DNA of 61,485 bases, taken from Octopus bimaculoides. Taxonomy: Eukaryota. The stretch is taken from the NCBI RefSeq assembly GCF_001194135.2, contig NC_068987.1:66338889-66400373 (forward strand), in the 5' to 3' direction. Below are positions 26,930 to 40,397 of the stretch, piece after piece; within the stretch, counting starts at the first letter, position 1; every line of letters begins with the position of its first letter. Below the pieces are notes generated by a model, which was given only the letters and a program-made list of their open reading frames with translations, was not told the DNA's origin and did no database searches. A program made the position numbers and the translations under genes.

Positions 26930-27224
26930 TATATTGTTTGCATTTGCACAATGGATTCGATTACACAGTGCAGTGACGGCTTAACTCGTATTGCATAGAT
27001 TATAATCTATAATTTGGCTGACATACATACAGATGTATGTGTGTAAGTATAAATTCATGTATGCGCGTGGGTTCCTATTTATTTTTATGTATATATTCGA
27101 GCGTAACCAGTTCTACATGTAATATATTTTCAATCAACAAATCATGTAGTTAACGACGCTGTATATTTACAATGATACATATATATATATACATATATAT
27201 TATGTGTATGTATTTAATTCTTTT

Positions 27225-27506
27225 ATTCTTTTACTTGTTTCAGTCATCTAACTGCAGCCATGCTGGTACACTATCTTTAGTTGAAAAATCGTCCTCAGAA
27301 CTTATTCTTTGTAAGACTGATACTTATTTTATCGGACACTTTTGCCGAAATGCTAAGTTACGGGTACTTAAACAAACCAACATATGTTGTCAAGCAATGG
27401 TGGGGGAACAAACACAGAGACTCAAATACATTCATACACACACACACGCACACACATATATACGTATATATATATTTATATATATAATATATATATATAT
27501 ATATAC

Positions 27507-27557
<51 letters not shown>

Positions 27558-27724
27558 ATATATGTACGATGGTCTTCTTTCAGTTTCCGTCTACCAAATG
27601 CACTCACAACGTTTTAGTCTGCCCGAGGCTATAGTAAAAGACACTTGCTCAAGGTGCCACGTAGTGGGACTGAACTCGGAACCATATGGTTGTGAAGCAT
27701 GCTTCTTACCACATAGCCACTCCA
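27225..27724 (-). mobile_element. SINE family A, full-length diverged copy with expanded central microsatellite
   Basis: Head at about 27565-27724 and tail at about 27225-27420; both match the 19842 copy. Confidence 0.85.
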
Positions 27725-28765
27725 TTTATATTTATATTTATATATATATATATATATATATATAGATAGATAGATAGATAGATAGATAGAGAGATAGAGA
27801 GAGAGAGAGAGTGGGGGGAGCTAGAAAGATAGAACGATTGATACATAAGTAGATAGATAGCTAGATAGACATATACACGCATTTATATGAATGTGTGAAC
27901 ATGCGTATGCTTGAGCGATACATACGTATGTGGTATTTATTTGTGTATATTTGTATATTAGAATGTTCATGTTCATATAGAAAGTTTTATGGAGGGGAAT
28001 GTGTCTCACATAAACGAATTATCTGATTTTCTACTGAGAGTTAATATTATTAACTTGATCAATTTATTCTATTACATCACAACCAAAAGATCAACTTAGT
28101 GCAGATCAAACATAACAGAACACCTCGTACATAACAATAGGAAACTATAGTTACTTGTATTGTTGTATTGGACATGAGACTTAAGGTACAATATAAAATT
28201 AGGTCAAATGATATAGCTATTCATATAATGAAATATTATGATATAAGTGTACGCAGGATATTCTTTCATATAATGTTAATATACGACACTGTTATGTAAC
28301 AGGTCAATTCCAATAATAAATATTACAATCTTTATGCAATAACTTTATGTTTTTTACAAAGTGGTACAATTTATATGACCACGTTGTGTAACACCTCAAT
28401 TTCATTGTAAAAATCAATCTAGCTCAGTGCAATCTCGTCTATAAACGTTCGACAGAATTTTTATTCTGCATCCTTATCACTTTTTCATCGCAGAATATGG
28501 CAGAAACAAATAAGACTGTAAATTGTATTACTTGACGTATCTATAACATAAAAGAACGTCTCAGTTGTATTTCGCCTAGATATACTTTATTCTTGGAGAT
28601 TAAATATATTTATATACCCTTTATTTGAATGTTAACTAGTTATCGATATTTTCGTACGTTTTAGCTTTGTTTGATATTGACGATGTTTTGTCTCATAGAA
28701 ATCAGGCTAGACACGAACGCACGCGCACGCGCGCGCACACACACAAGTACAGACCTGTGTGTGCA

Positions 28766-29263
28766 TCTCTATATATAAAAATGAGAATGTGAGTTTGTCT
28801 GTATGTCTGTTTGTCTGTGTGTGTTTGTGCGTGTGCTTCCCTAAAACTCGAGAACTACACAACCAATTTCATTCAAATTTTACACATGCCTTACTTAGGG
28901 TTCCGGTTGTGTTTTAGTCAGAAATATTTTTTAACTTCTTGCATATTTCGAGCCCACAGAAACATCATATCTCCTCCACTATTTAAGTATTACGTGTCAA
29001 CACTGAAACAAAAACACTCATGTCACTTTAAAAATGAAACTATTCCAGTAACTGAAACAATCACATTTCGATACTGTAATGACATATACTNNNNNNNNNN
29101 NNNNNNNNNNNNNNNNNNNNNNNNNNNNNNNNNNNNNNNNNNNNNNNNNNNNNNNNNNNNNNNNNNNNNNNNNNNNNNNNNNNNNNNNNNNNNNNNNNNN
29201 NNNNNNNNNNNNNNNNNNNNNNNNNNNNNNNNNNNNNNNNNNNNNNNNNNNNATATATATATG

Positions 29264-29303
<40 letters not shown>

Positions 29304-30058
29304 TGTATATGTATACATATAGATGTATATGTAAACGTTTATGTATAGATATAGATATATAGATATAGATCTATATGCATACATATCTATGTATACATAT
29401 GTGTAGATGTATATATATATAGGTGAACATCTAATATGTACAAATATATATATCATATCTCCTCCACTATTTCAGTATTACATGTCAAAAGTGAAACAAT
29501 AACATCACTCTACTGTAATGTCAGATACTTTCACTCTAGCACTGAAACTATTCCACTATTTCAGTATTACCTGTCAAAAGTGAATCAATAACATGTCGCT
29601 ACTGTAATTTCAAATATTTTCACTTTAATACTTTCAATTTCATACTGAAACTTTAAAGTGAGACTATACTCTCACATATATACAGACATACTATTAGACC
29701 CAAGTTAAAAACATTCCCAACAATTCAACATTTCTGGTTGATATTAACACCCCCTATCCCCAATAGGAACCTTCATTCCCACATTTTAGAGCTCCATGAG
29801 CTCCATTTAGCAGGAGCAAAATCTTTTATACAGGTCCCAGAAGACTGAAATTTTGGAATATGCGCGGAAAGATCAATAGTATGGGATACATGTCTCATGA
29901 TTAGAATTTTTTAGGGTGTGTAAAGAGGGAAAGAACCCTCCTGTGCAATTTTCAGGAAATTCGAATCATATGTATTCCAGTTCCTTACAGAAAATATAAC
30001 AGAAAAGTTTCATTTTTCAATTGCATGTAACACGGGCAACGCCGAGTATCTCTGCTAG
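28766..30058 (+). mobile_element. Non-autonomous Helitron with both termini
   Basis: A|TCTCTATATATAAAAATGAG 5' end followed by (GTCT/GT)n and aactacacaaccaatttcattcaaatttt. The 3' end has a GC-rich imperfect hairpin (cacgggcaacgccgagt) and then CTAG|T. Inserted in an A|T dinucleotide with no TSD. Contains internal repeats and one N-gap. Confidence 0.88.
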
Positions 30059-30639
30059 TATGTATATAAATATATGAATTATATATATACATTCAAAGTT
30101 ATGGTACTCGAAATATCACACATGATGTAGCGCTTTCCGAAGAACCCATACACACGTACAAGTATAATCACACACACAAGCACAAACGCACACACACATA
30201 AATGCAGACACAGAAACACAAACACACACATCCACATGCTCATGTCATTATTGATTCAATTCTTAAGTAATCTGTATTGTTCATTAAATAGATATTTTAT
30301 TTAAGCAAATACGAGTCGACAAAAGTACAAACATGCAAATTAGGTTACCCACATCAGTGCTGAACAAATTTATGACAACTTGAATGTACCAGTTGATTCA
30401 CGCTTCTAACTGGAGAAGGTAATCAGATGCATATTCTCTACTGTGTAGTTAATATATTATAAAACGGTCTATCTGGAAACACTTTCATCTTTCCGGACAT
30501 CAATCACATAAAATGATTATGTTTGCATATTTATTTTATCCACGTGAAATTTCTCTAATATTTAAATTAATTTCAGTTTTTATTTACGATCTGCTGCGCA
30601 TATCAATGTAACCGCACGCGGACTGTTGACGATTTTTCT

Positions 30640-30816
30640 CATTCTTCCTTCTACCTTTTGGACTTTCCTGTCTTTCTTGTTTCCGATAAAGAGCTGTGCC
30701 CAAAACTTAAAACAACAACTCTCTTCCTTCACCTGTATTATTAATACATTGTTTATGCTACGTCCGCACTTTCGTTTATTTTTCTTCTTTTTCTTTTGTT
30801 CTCTGTTTCATGCATT

Positions 30817-30820
<4 letters not shown>
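30640..30820 (+). mobile_element. Probable PLE pLTR remnant with eroded hammerhead
   Basis: ccgataaagagctgtgcccaaaac resembles CTGATGA-A-GAGC-loop-GCTC-GAAAC; it ends at a (TA)n tract. Confidence 0.3.
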
Positions 30821-30884
<64 letters not shown>

Positions 30885-33025
30885 CATTATATCAGCACAG
30901 CTCAATTCGACCCAAAACAACTGGTATTGCCAGTTGGTAACATTAGGCTGTAGCCAGAATAATAAAATAGGAGCTTTCAAATACGTATTCAAAGCGTTTC
31001 TCGTAAACGAACTTAAAGGATATATATATATATATATGTGTGTGTGTTGGTGTGTGTTTGTGTGTGTGGTGTATGTATGTATATAATAAGAAATAATGAA
31101 AACTGATAGATATGTATGTGTCTCTGTGTGTTCGCGTATCATTGATTTCCATTTTCCAATTAAGCGGCTATTTGTTTGAGTTGGTAGCTTTAAAGTATTT
31201 GACAGCTTTCAAATAACTTCTGGGAACGAAAAAAGATAGCATGGGTTGTGCCGAGTAATAGTACATATTCTGATATTTAGATATGTTTAGCTACGTTTGA
31301 GATCAAAACCTATCGGCTTCTACTCGATTTACTTCTCACGTCGGTTTTATTGAATAATTATCTGTAGTATAGTACTGTTGTCTTAATCGACTTTTCTGAG
31401 TCTGTGGATTTGTATCATTCCGCTGATATGACGGCTAATCAGAGTGTCAGAATATCCATCTGCCTTGATGTAAATATATATGGCTATATAGAAAGAAAGC
31501 GAGAGAGATGTTTATATCATTTTGCGTTAGTCCTTAGTCTGTAACCATGTTGAGCAAACCTGAGCAACTACACATTTCAGGCTAGTACTTATTTCATCGA
31601 TTTTTCTTAATAGTCGCGCTGTTTTATAAAGAATTAAAGTGATATGAGATGACATTCTGGCTTACAACGGTGAACATAACAAAATCACTTAGACGGATAC
31701 GCAGACGGTCAACACTCTCTCCTCTCTTGTTCTTTCTTGCTCCGTCTCTCTCACTGTATGTAAGAACATATACACATGCATCTTTATATAAATATATATA
31801 TTAATGTTTGTTTTTTATGTCGCTGTATAGATAAAACAAGTTTACATTAAAGTAAAGAATTACTCAGTACCTTTTGCACAGTATATACTAGTAGATTTAA
31901 CAAAAATAGCGATGTGAAAGATTTGGAAGTATCGACCTCCTGGCTTTCATCTGATTGTCTGATAAAGTAGAGCAGACTGAAACATCGAAATCGTTGTCAA
32001 CACTATACTTGTAAAAATGTTATATAAATGTTTATATATATATATGTGTGTGTGTGTGTGTGGTGTGTTTGTGTGTGTGTATTGTTTGTATGTATGTATG
32101 TATGTATGTACGTATGGTATGTATGTGTGCGCATGTATGTATCTCTTTATCTATCTGCATAGGTATATATATNNNNNNNNNNNNNNNNNNNNNNNNNNNN
32201 NNNNNNNNNNNNNNNNNNNNNNNNNNNNNNNNNNNNNNATATATATATAATTTTCAGAATCAGAGACAAAGAGATAAAGAGAGAGGGAGATAAAGAGAGA
32301 GGAGTTTTAGAATTTATAGCTATTACATCACAGGCATACCTCATCCGAGTTTGTTCAATGAACTATAAGGGCGCCGCGATACTTCATAAACACGTCATTA
32401 GCTCGCAATATATGCGTTTGTGTACAGAACATGACCGAAAGTAATTAAATACGGTAATGCATTTTGCGCTACGTTGCAGATATACAGCCACACAAACACA
32501 GATACGCACACACGCGCGCGTACACAGCCATGTTTGTGCGTATTTGTGTGTGTCGCCTCGCGGGTGCGTATATGAGCGTGTGTGTGGACAAGTATGAGCT
32601 CTGCATGCTTGAAATCTCCGTATAAGAATTTCATATACTGCATTATATATCACAGACAACATTTACTCATTTACACTGTTGAACTTCTTTTATTTTTATT
32701 TATTTATTTCAGCCATTGTTCGATATATTGTTTAAAAAATTGTTGCTTTGAGATATGTAATATTTGCTACTTTAGTTTCTTGTACAAATGGACACGTAAA
32801 CGTACTTAGTGACTTTCGAAATTTCTTGTCGTTGTAAAAAGAGATGTACTATTCGAAGCCGTGTTAACTGCGGTTTCAAACATGTTCAAACCTGCTATTT
32901 ATGAAGTCACTTCCCAACAATGTGGTTTCTAGTTAAGTCCCACTACATTGCTTCACTAGCAGGTGTCTCTTGGCTTCAGCAATGCAGTGTAAGGAAGACG
33001 AAACGTGAAATTACGGAAGCCCGTT

Positions 33026-33090
<65 letters not shown>

Positions 33091-33721
33091 GATCCCTTTT
33101 GATCGACACACCCCTACTTTTTTTTCCTTCCCCCTCTCAAAAAGAAAAGCTCTACATTGTATTTGTCCCATCTTTGTTGAGCCCGGTGTGGCTAATAAAA
33201 GAAATATATCCATCTATCTACACACACACATACACACATACTTGTGTGTGTGTGTATCTATGTGTGTGTGTGTATCTATGTGTGTGTGTGTGTATGTGTG
33301 TGTGTGTGTGTGTGCGTGTGTGTGTGTGTGTGTGTGCATACATCTTCGTTTGCTATGCACTGTTTCACAACTAACGTTAGTTTGCTGGCATCTTCATAAA
33401 TAAGTATTTAGGCAAACCATGACCGACTTAAAAAACCATGCCGTGAGGTTAATTTGTTCGGCTTAAACCTACGAAGCGCTGGATAAGCCTGATCACAGTC
33501 CAGTGACTGAAATTAGGAAACGAGTTCTAAATAAGTGCATATTATATGTTTATATCTAGATTTTAAGATTTCGATAAATTTGAAAAATACCTTCAACTGC
33601 TGAACTCAAATTGGGAACTTTAATCAAAAGGAAGAGATTATTTAACTTAATTTATTTGCGTTTGCCTATGTCGTGTTGACGATTCCCAAAAAGAGTGGAA
33701 TAGCGCTAGTGTAGTAACGTG

Positions 33722-33724
33722 GAA

Positions 33725-33765
<41 letters not shown>

Positions 33766-33850
33766 AATGATGATGATGATGATGATGAAGATGTAGGTGG
33801 TGGTGATTTTGGTGATTTTGGTGGTGATGATGATGGTGATGATGATGGCA
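33722..33850. repeat. (ATG)n/(GGT)n trinucleotide microsatellite
   Basis: Direct reading; it explains the poly-His and poly-Ser ORFs. Confidence 0.9.
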
Positions 33851-34188
33851 AAACAAAACATTTGAAACTGAAGCGCAAGCGAAACAAAATTCTCACTTCA
33901 GGATTTCGATTATATTTTTAGAATTTTTTTTTTAATATAGAAGACATACGATAGCGGATGTAGATCCCCGTGTATTTGTGCGCGACGGTAGCGAGAATTT
34001 AAAAAATGTATCCAGCTGCTATAGTGCTAAGCACCACTTGAAGAAATGAAAACTGGGAAAATACTTCTAGAACGTAAAGATATATAATATAAATATTTAA
34101 GTCCTTATTTTAGATTATGCACATGCCACACAGTAATCTGGTAATGGTTAAGTCTGTACATATTTCATTTCATTATCATTAATACTTG

Positions 34189-35317
34189 TTCCGCCGACGT
34201 CGACTTTGCCATTCATCTTTTTGGGGTCGATTAGATAAGTACCAGTTAAGCACTGGAGTCGATGTAATCGACGTAATCTCTTCCCCCAAATTTGAGGCCT
34301 TGTGCTTCCCGTAGAAAGGATTATTATCAATGCTTACGAAGGGGATGAGCTGGCAGAATCGTTAGTGGTATTTTGCCCGTCGCTACGGTCTGAGATCAGA
34401 TTCTGCCAAAGTCGACTTTACCTTTCATCCTTTCTGGGTCGATAAACTGAGTACCAGTGAAGGAATGGGGTCGATGTGATCAACTATCTCACTCTCCACA
34501 AAATCTGGGTCTTGTGGTTATAGTAGAAAGGATTATTATTTATAATTACTCAAGGCGGCGAGCTGACAGAATCGTTAGCACGATGGGCAAAATGCTTAAC
34601 ATCATTTCGTCAGTCTGCCCGTTCTGAGCTCAAATTCTGCCGAGGTCGACTTTGTCTTTCATCCTTTCCACCAGTGCCAGTTGAACACTGAGATCGATGT
34701 AATCAACTAATTCCTTCCCCTGAAATTGCTGGCCTTGCGCCAAAATTTGAAATTAATTATTACTCTAGGCAGTGAGCTGGCAGAATCTTTAGCCTGCTGG
34801 ACAAAATGCTTCGCGGCATTTTATCTGTTTTTCCCTTTCATCCTTTCGGGATCGATAAATTAAGTACCAGTGAAACACGGGCCGATATAATCGACTAGTT
34901 CTCCCGACAAACATTCAAGCCTGGTGCATATAGCAGACCACAATATTAATAATTATTGAAAGGTAGCGAGGTGATAGAATCGTTAGCACCGCTGATCAAA
35001 GGCTTCACCGTAATTTTTACCTGCTTTACGCTCTTAGTTGAAATGACGCTGATGTCAATTTTGTTTTTCTTCCCAGAGTAGAAAGGCTTGTTAATAATCA
35101 TTCAAAGACGACGAGCTGGTAGAATCGTTAATTCGTTGGACAAAATGATTTGCAGCAATTCTTCCAGTTTTACACTTTGAGTTAGAATCCCACCGAAGTC
35201 ATCGTGCCCTTTTCGAGGTTATTAAAATAAGTAACAGTTGAGTCCTGGGGTCAATTTAATCGACTTAACCCTTCCCTAAAAACTGCTGGCATGGAGCCTC
35301 AATTAGAAACTATAATC
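34189..35317 (+). mobile_element. Head-to-tail array of six diverged SINE family B copies
   Basis: Heads (aaggcggcgagctggcagaatcgttag-like) at about 34339, 34552, 34767, 34960 and 35105, plus a headless first unit at 34189. Conserved core gtcgactttgcctttcatcctttcggggtcgataaa..agtaccag. Units are joined by (ATT)n-like spacers. Confidence 0.85.
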
Positions 35318-36982
35318 AATGACTCCCTTTCTTTTTATTTTATATCCATTTAATCTTAGTAATCCCTTTAAAAAATTAAAATGTAACGTTATATCAATGC
35401 TATATGTTGTTAACTTTAAATAGAAGACAAACCTCTCTGTCGGATATGATGTTCATGGATATGATATTCATGCATTAGTCATTAAAAATAGTTAAGTATC
35501 TTTTATTTATTTATTTATTTTTTCACATGAAGGTCATAAACAGAACTGAACTGGAAAAATATATCTCATGTGAGTTAGAATGAAAAAAGCGCAAAGTATC
35601 ACAAAGCACGAACTGATTTCAAATCTCAACAGGTGAAGTTTCTTATTTAATACATTAACCAACTTAGAAATTACTGAACTAGGATACGTAATTAAGTGAT
35701 ATTTAACTCACATTTCAGTCATATTTATGTCATCGCATATATTACAGTTTTGCTGTAGCGAAATTCGTAAAAACCATGTTTAGATCATAATCTGAAATAT
35801 TATCCTACTTATTTCTTCTCTCTTACTCCATTTTTCAACTACTCATATAGTAGGAAATATGTAGATGCATATAAATAGAACACCAACCCGTATTTCCTGT
35901 TCCATACAACACTGCTCTAGGCGCATACACATATAGACATGTATACGTATACACTGTTTTCTATTATTTTATATGGATTAGAATATATTGATGAATATTT
36001 GAGTATATACGGGAAATGAATAAATATATAGACATAAAAAAAATTGTGAATCTTCCCCTGGAGAAAACAAAATAGTATTGACATTATTAATGAAAAAGAA
36101 AACCGAGTTCATAAAATATATGGAAACAAATGTAAATGTTGCCAGGAACAAATATTTACACTCAGACACGCTCACACACACAAGACGTATTTTACACAAG
36201 CATGCATACACCAGTTCTCATCCACGAATATTACTTTACACAAATGCACAAACACACATACACACGAACACTCTCTCTTTCTCACTTTCTTTCTTTCTTC
36301 CTTTTTCTTTTTTTCTTTTTCTCACGCACACAGAATTTACAAACACGCGCACACGGCAGACGAGTACATACATTAACATACTCGAACAAGATTACATGCA
36401 ATAAAAATTTTAGTAGTTTTTTTTTGTTTTGTTATATTCATAGAGCAAAAGGTCTTAAAAAACTAGTTTATATTTAGAAAATCTATATTTAGTGAATTGT
36501 TGAATATTTTACTTTACGCTGTGCGAAAAAGAACGATGCCAATGAAGATTATGAAAATGGTGTCAATGAAGAAAATAAAAATAGTACTTTTGTGGATATA
36601 TTTGTTTACATTTATTACATTTCTTATTGCCGTATTGTTGTTGTTGCTGGTAATTTTATCCTCTACCACACCTGGAAGTGAGAACGCAGGAGTCAAATGG
36701 TTTCACCGCTTTGCAAATCTGTATGTGTAGTAAATCAGCTTCAATTTATAGTATCGTTTCTTTCGAGGAAAAGTGAATAGAAGTTAAAGATGTGCTTTTG
36801 AACTAAAAGTGTGTTCTGGCAATGCTAAAAACCTAAAGGCAAATTGCATACATATTCACGTGTTTCTTTTAGAGGCGCTGCAGTATTATGATTAAATCTA
36901 CTCTTTATCGAATGATTTACGATGATTCCCCGGGATAAATTAAGGAAGCCATCAGCATATGTACACACATATATGCACATGA

Positions 36983-37024
<42 letters not shown>

Positions 37025-37025
<1 letters not shown>

Positions 37026-37075
37026 ATAAGTTTCAGCTTAGAGCTGCGGCTATGCTGATGCACCACCGTGTTGCT
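37025..37075 (-). mobile_element. Isolated SINE-A/CR1-like 3' tail
   Basis: Reverse complement cggtggtgcatcagcatagccgcagctctaagctgaaacttataaaa. Confidence 0.6.
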
Positions 37076-37621
37076 ACACTGTTATTACAGGGAGCCTCTT
37101 ACAATATGTGGNNNNNNNNNNNNNNNNNNNNNNNNNNNNNNNNNNNNNNNNNNNNNNNNNNNNNNNNNNNNNNNNNNNNNNNNNNNNNNNNNNNNNNNNN
37201 NNNNNNNNNNNNNNNNNNNNNNNNNNNNNNNNNNNNNNNNNNNNNNNNNNNNNNNNNNNNNNNNNNNNNNNNNNNNNNNNNNNNNNNNNNNNNNNNNNNN
37301 NNNNNNNNNNNNNNNNNNNNNNNNNNNNNNNNNNNNNNNNNNNNNNNNNNNNNNNNNNNNNNNNNNNNNNNNNNNNNNNNNNNNNNNNNNNNNNNNNNNN
37401 NNNNNNNNNNNNNNNNNNNNNNNNNNNNNNNNNNNNNNNNNNNNNNNNNNNNNNNNNNNNNNNNNNNNNNNNNNNNNNNNNNNNNNNNNNNNNNNNNNNN
37501 NNNNNNNNNNNNNNNNNNNNNNNNNNNNATATATATATATATATATACTTTCTTATATACACATATGCATGTGTGCGTCTGTGCGTGCGTGTGTGTGCAT
37601 GTGTATGTGTATGTGTGTGTA

Positions 37622-39720
37622 TTCTTTTACATTTTAATGTGTTTCAGCTCAAAGGTTGCAGCCATACTGGAGTACGGTCTGTATTGTCATCTTTTGAATG
37701 GCTATTCTTTTGTGACCAGCTTTTAGAGAATGAGGGAGTTCGATATCGCAGCCCTCTTTTGAGTATCTTGCTCTGATGTAAGTTCATCTGGGGAACCTGG
37801 ACAGCAGGAAGTCAAGTTGTTTCATGAAAATATCCAAGCCTACATTATGAATGAATTTTAGATGTTTTGGTAAGACATTAAACAGCAGTTGGGGTTTCAA
37901 ACGCAAGCTATTGTTGTACATGGTCATTCACTCTCAACGGGTTATTTGGAACAGTGCGGCGATGTTCAGCTTGAGGGCTGGTATAACTTTCGATGTCTAA
38001 GTTTGGTTCCAAACACTCTAGGATCTTCTTTATGTATGTATCACCCCATATCACTTCTGTTTTCGCTCCAGGGAATAGCATCGTGACTTTTTCAGTCTTT
38101 CCCAGTAGCTCAGCTTTCCCATTCATGCAATCCTCCTGTTATAGAACTGTTGACTTACCTCAAATTCCGCTATTAATATGATACTGTGAAGTTACCATAG
38201 TTTAGATCAGTAGTCCAGAAGGCTCGGGTCAAATATCCTCCTTAGAACCAGCATGGCGTTTTGTTCCGTTGTTCTGAAAGTTTTCAGAATCCATCAGGGC
38301 ATTTACCTGCACACAACAACCATCTTTGTACCTGAGTGGAGACGTCGTTGCTCATATCAATACGCAGATCACGTACTGTATCTGACTACTTTTGGTACAA
38401 AGTATCTTTGTTGTGGCTTATTAGCGCCAGCTGATAGAAGCAGAGGACTTGAAATTTTCCTGCATCAAGCTGCCTGTTGTTTTTTTTTCGGTTCATTTAT
38501 ATATGGCATCCGTATCTTCTTGTATAAGATTAGCATCTAATGATACCTTAGCTGCTGCTTTTACTACATTTGTAAACGTGGATGTCAGTGAAACTGATGG
38601 TAGTCCGAAAAAGCTACCATAAAGAGCAGCAGCGACAATTCGGTTTCCTGAAGCACTCCATTCGCTATTACTGTCTCCTTAGAGAGGATACCATTGGCTG
38701 CAACAGTCTGGCTTCTTTCTTTTAAGAAATCATGCAGCCAGTTTCCCACCTTTCCAAGTAAACCGAATGATCGTAGCTTGTGACGTATCATGTCGTGGTC
38801 AAGCATATCAAAGATCCTTGTAAATTCGAGATACACCTCATCCACGTTGAGTGATTTATTAATTGTTTCAACAATCAGTAATAATGCTGCAGAAGCGATG
38901 CTGGGTATCAGGGAGCAACTCAGTATTTAGAAACATGATAAACATCCACCTGACAATGATTTGCTAACAAGTGAGGTTTGAGAGACAGGCCTATAATTTT
39001 TAGTATCTGCTCCCCTACATCCTTTATGGATAGGATATTCTTTTATTCTTTTGTTTTTTATTCTTTTACTCGTTTCAGCCATGCGGCTGCGATCATGCTG
39101 GAGCACCAACTTTCTGGTAAGTCTCTTATTTGCAAGGAAGCTTGGAAGATCACTGGGGGCCTTACTAGAGCCCCCTTTGCATTTTTTAGAAGGTTTGCTA
39201 GGAGTTTATCAGGGCCTGTATTTGAGTTAAGGTTCATTTCATTAATGACTGATATTAGGTGTTACCTCTATTTCGATGTAATCAATAATTGCCATCTCTT
39301 TGTGGAGAACTGTGGTGCCAAAGAACACAGCAGTGTCCCAACGGAGTTGTGATTTTCTATTACACTTCTAGTATTTCGCTTAGCCAGTGAGATGCTTTGG
39401 TCAGTGTATCATTTTCTTCGGACAATGGCACTATCTTATACCGTACTGAAACAGATTATTTTGCATATCTATAGAAGGCTTTAAGGGTTGTCGTTACATT
39501 TTTTACAGCCCATAATTCTTTTTCTACCCTCTAATTTTCTGAGGTATACTTAAATTCACTTTCAATCTCAAATAATTTTAGTTTACGATAAGATTCTTCG
39601 AAATCATTTACTGACTCGCTTAGACAGTCTGAGATAATTGCTCGTTATCTCATTAGATTCTTCCGGTTCCCGGGAATTATCCTTTTCTGCCGGTTTGACA
39701 TTCTCTCAGGAGCAACTTTA
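37622..39720 (-). mobile_element. CR1/L2-like LINE, 5'-truncated, decayed ORF2 RT and 3' tail
   Basis: PIHKG..GADTKNYRPVSQTSLVSK; DEVYLEFTRIFDMLDH...LGKVGNWLHDFLKERSQTV.ANG..S.ET.I.NGVLQET.LSLLLF (RT motifs); ILECLEPNLDIESYTS; RAAISNSL near the ORF end; then the tail ccagtatggctgcaacctttgagctgaaac. Confidence 0.85.
39039..39110 (-). mobile_element. Short SINE-A 3' tail nested inside the CR1/L2-like RT
   Basis: ttggtgctccagcatgatcgcagccgcatggctgaaacgagtaaaagaataaaaaac interrupts the coding sequence just before PIHKG. Confidence 0.7.
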
Positions 39721-39832
39721 CTTCATATGTCAAAGATGGTTCTCATTAAGTCATTTAACTTTATATTAGTATTTTGCGAAGAGAAACTACTTGGCCAGTC
39801 TTCTTCAATGACCTTTCTGAATATCATTCCAT

Positions 39833-39865
<33 letters not shown>

Positions 39866-39930
39866 CACAAACACACACACATACGTATGTATGTGTGTGT
39901 TTGTGTGTGAGTGTGTGTGTCTATCTCTCT

Positions 39931-39971
<41 letters not shown>

Positions 39972-40397
39972 TGTATATGTTGTACTATGTTTGGACTTAC
40001 ATTAGCACCTGCGCTCGTTGCATTAGTGTAACAGAAACCAAAAACACTATTTACAAGTACACTGTTTATGCCAAGCAGAACATGCAGTACAGAATGCTGT
40101 TTATTGTTCTGATCACAGCATAGTGTGTTTATAGAGGTAATATGTGATTTCATTGCAACATACGGTGTTAGCTAAATGGTTATACGTATGTTCTATAGCA
40201 CATCATAGGAAGACACTGATAGTACAAAAGAAAAACGTGTATATGCACGTATATATTTACATATATGTACGTATGTATATATGTGGTTATTAGCCTGTCG
40301 GTGTCCGTGAGTCTGCTTGTATATGTGCGTAAATATAGATGTGTGTGTGTGCGTGTTTGTATTTGTGTGTCTGTGCATATATGTATACGCTGTTTAT

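Noticed and set aside
30600-30740. Minus-strand LFIGNKKD resembling a small-GTPase G4 motif
   Set aside because: No G1 or G3 motifs nearby; the segment is better explained as a repeat end read antisense.
34189-35317. CRISPR-like repeat-spacer reading of this array and of 46721-46795
   Set aside because: The repeats are long diverged SINE units or spacer-less tandem copies; no cas genes; eukaryotic context.
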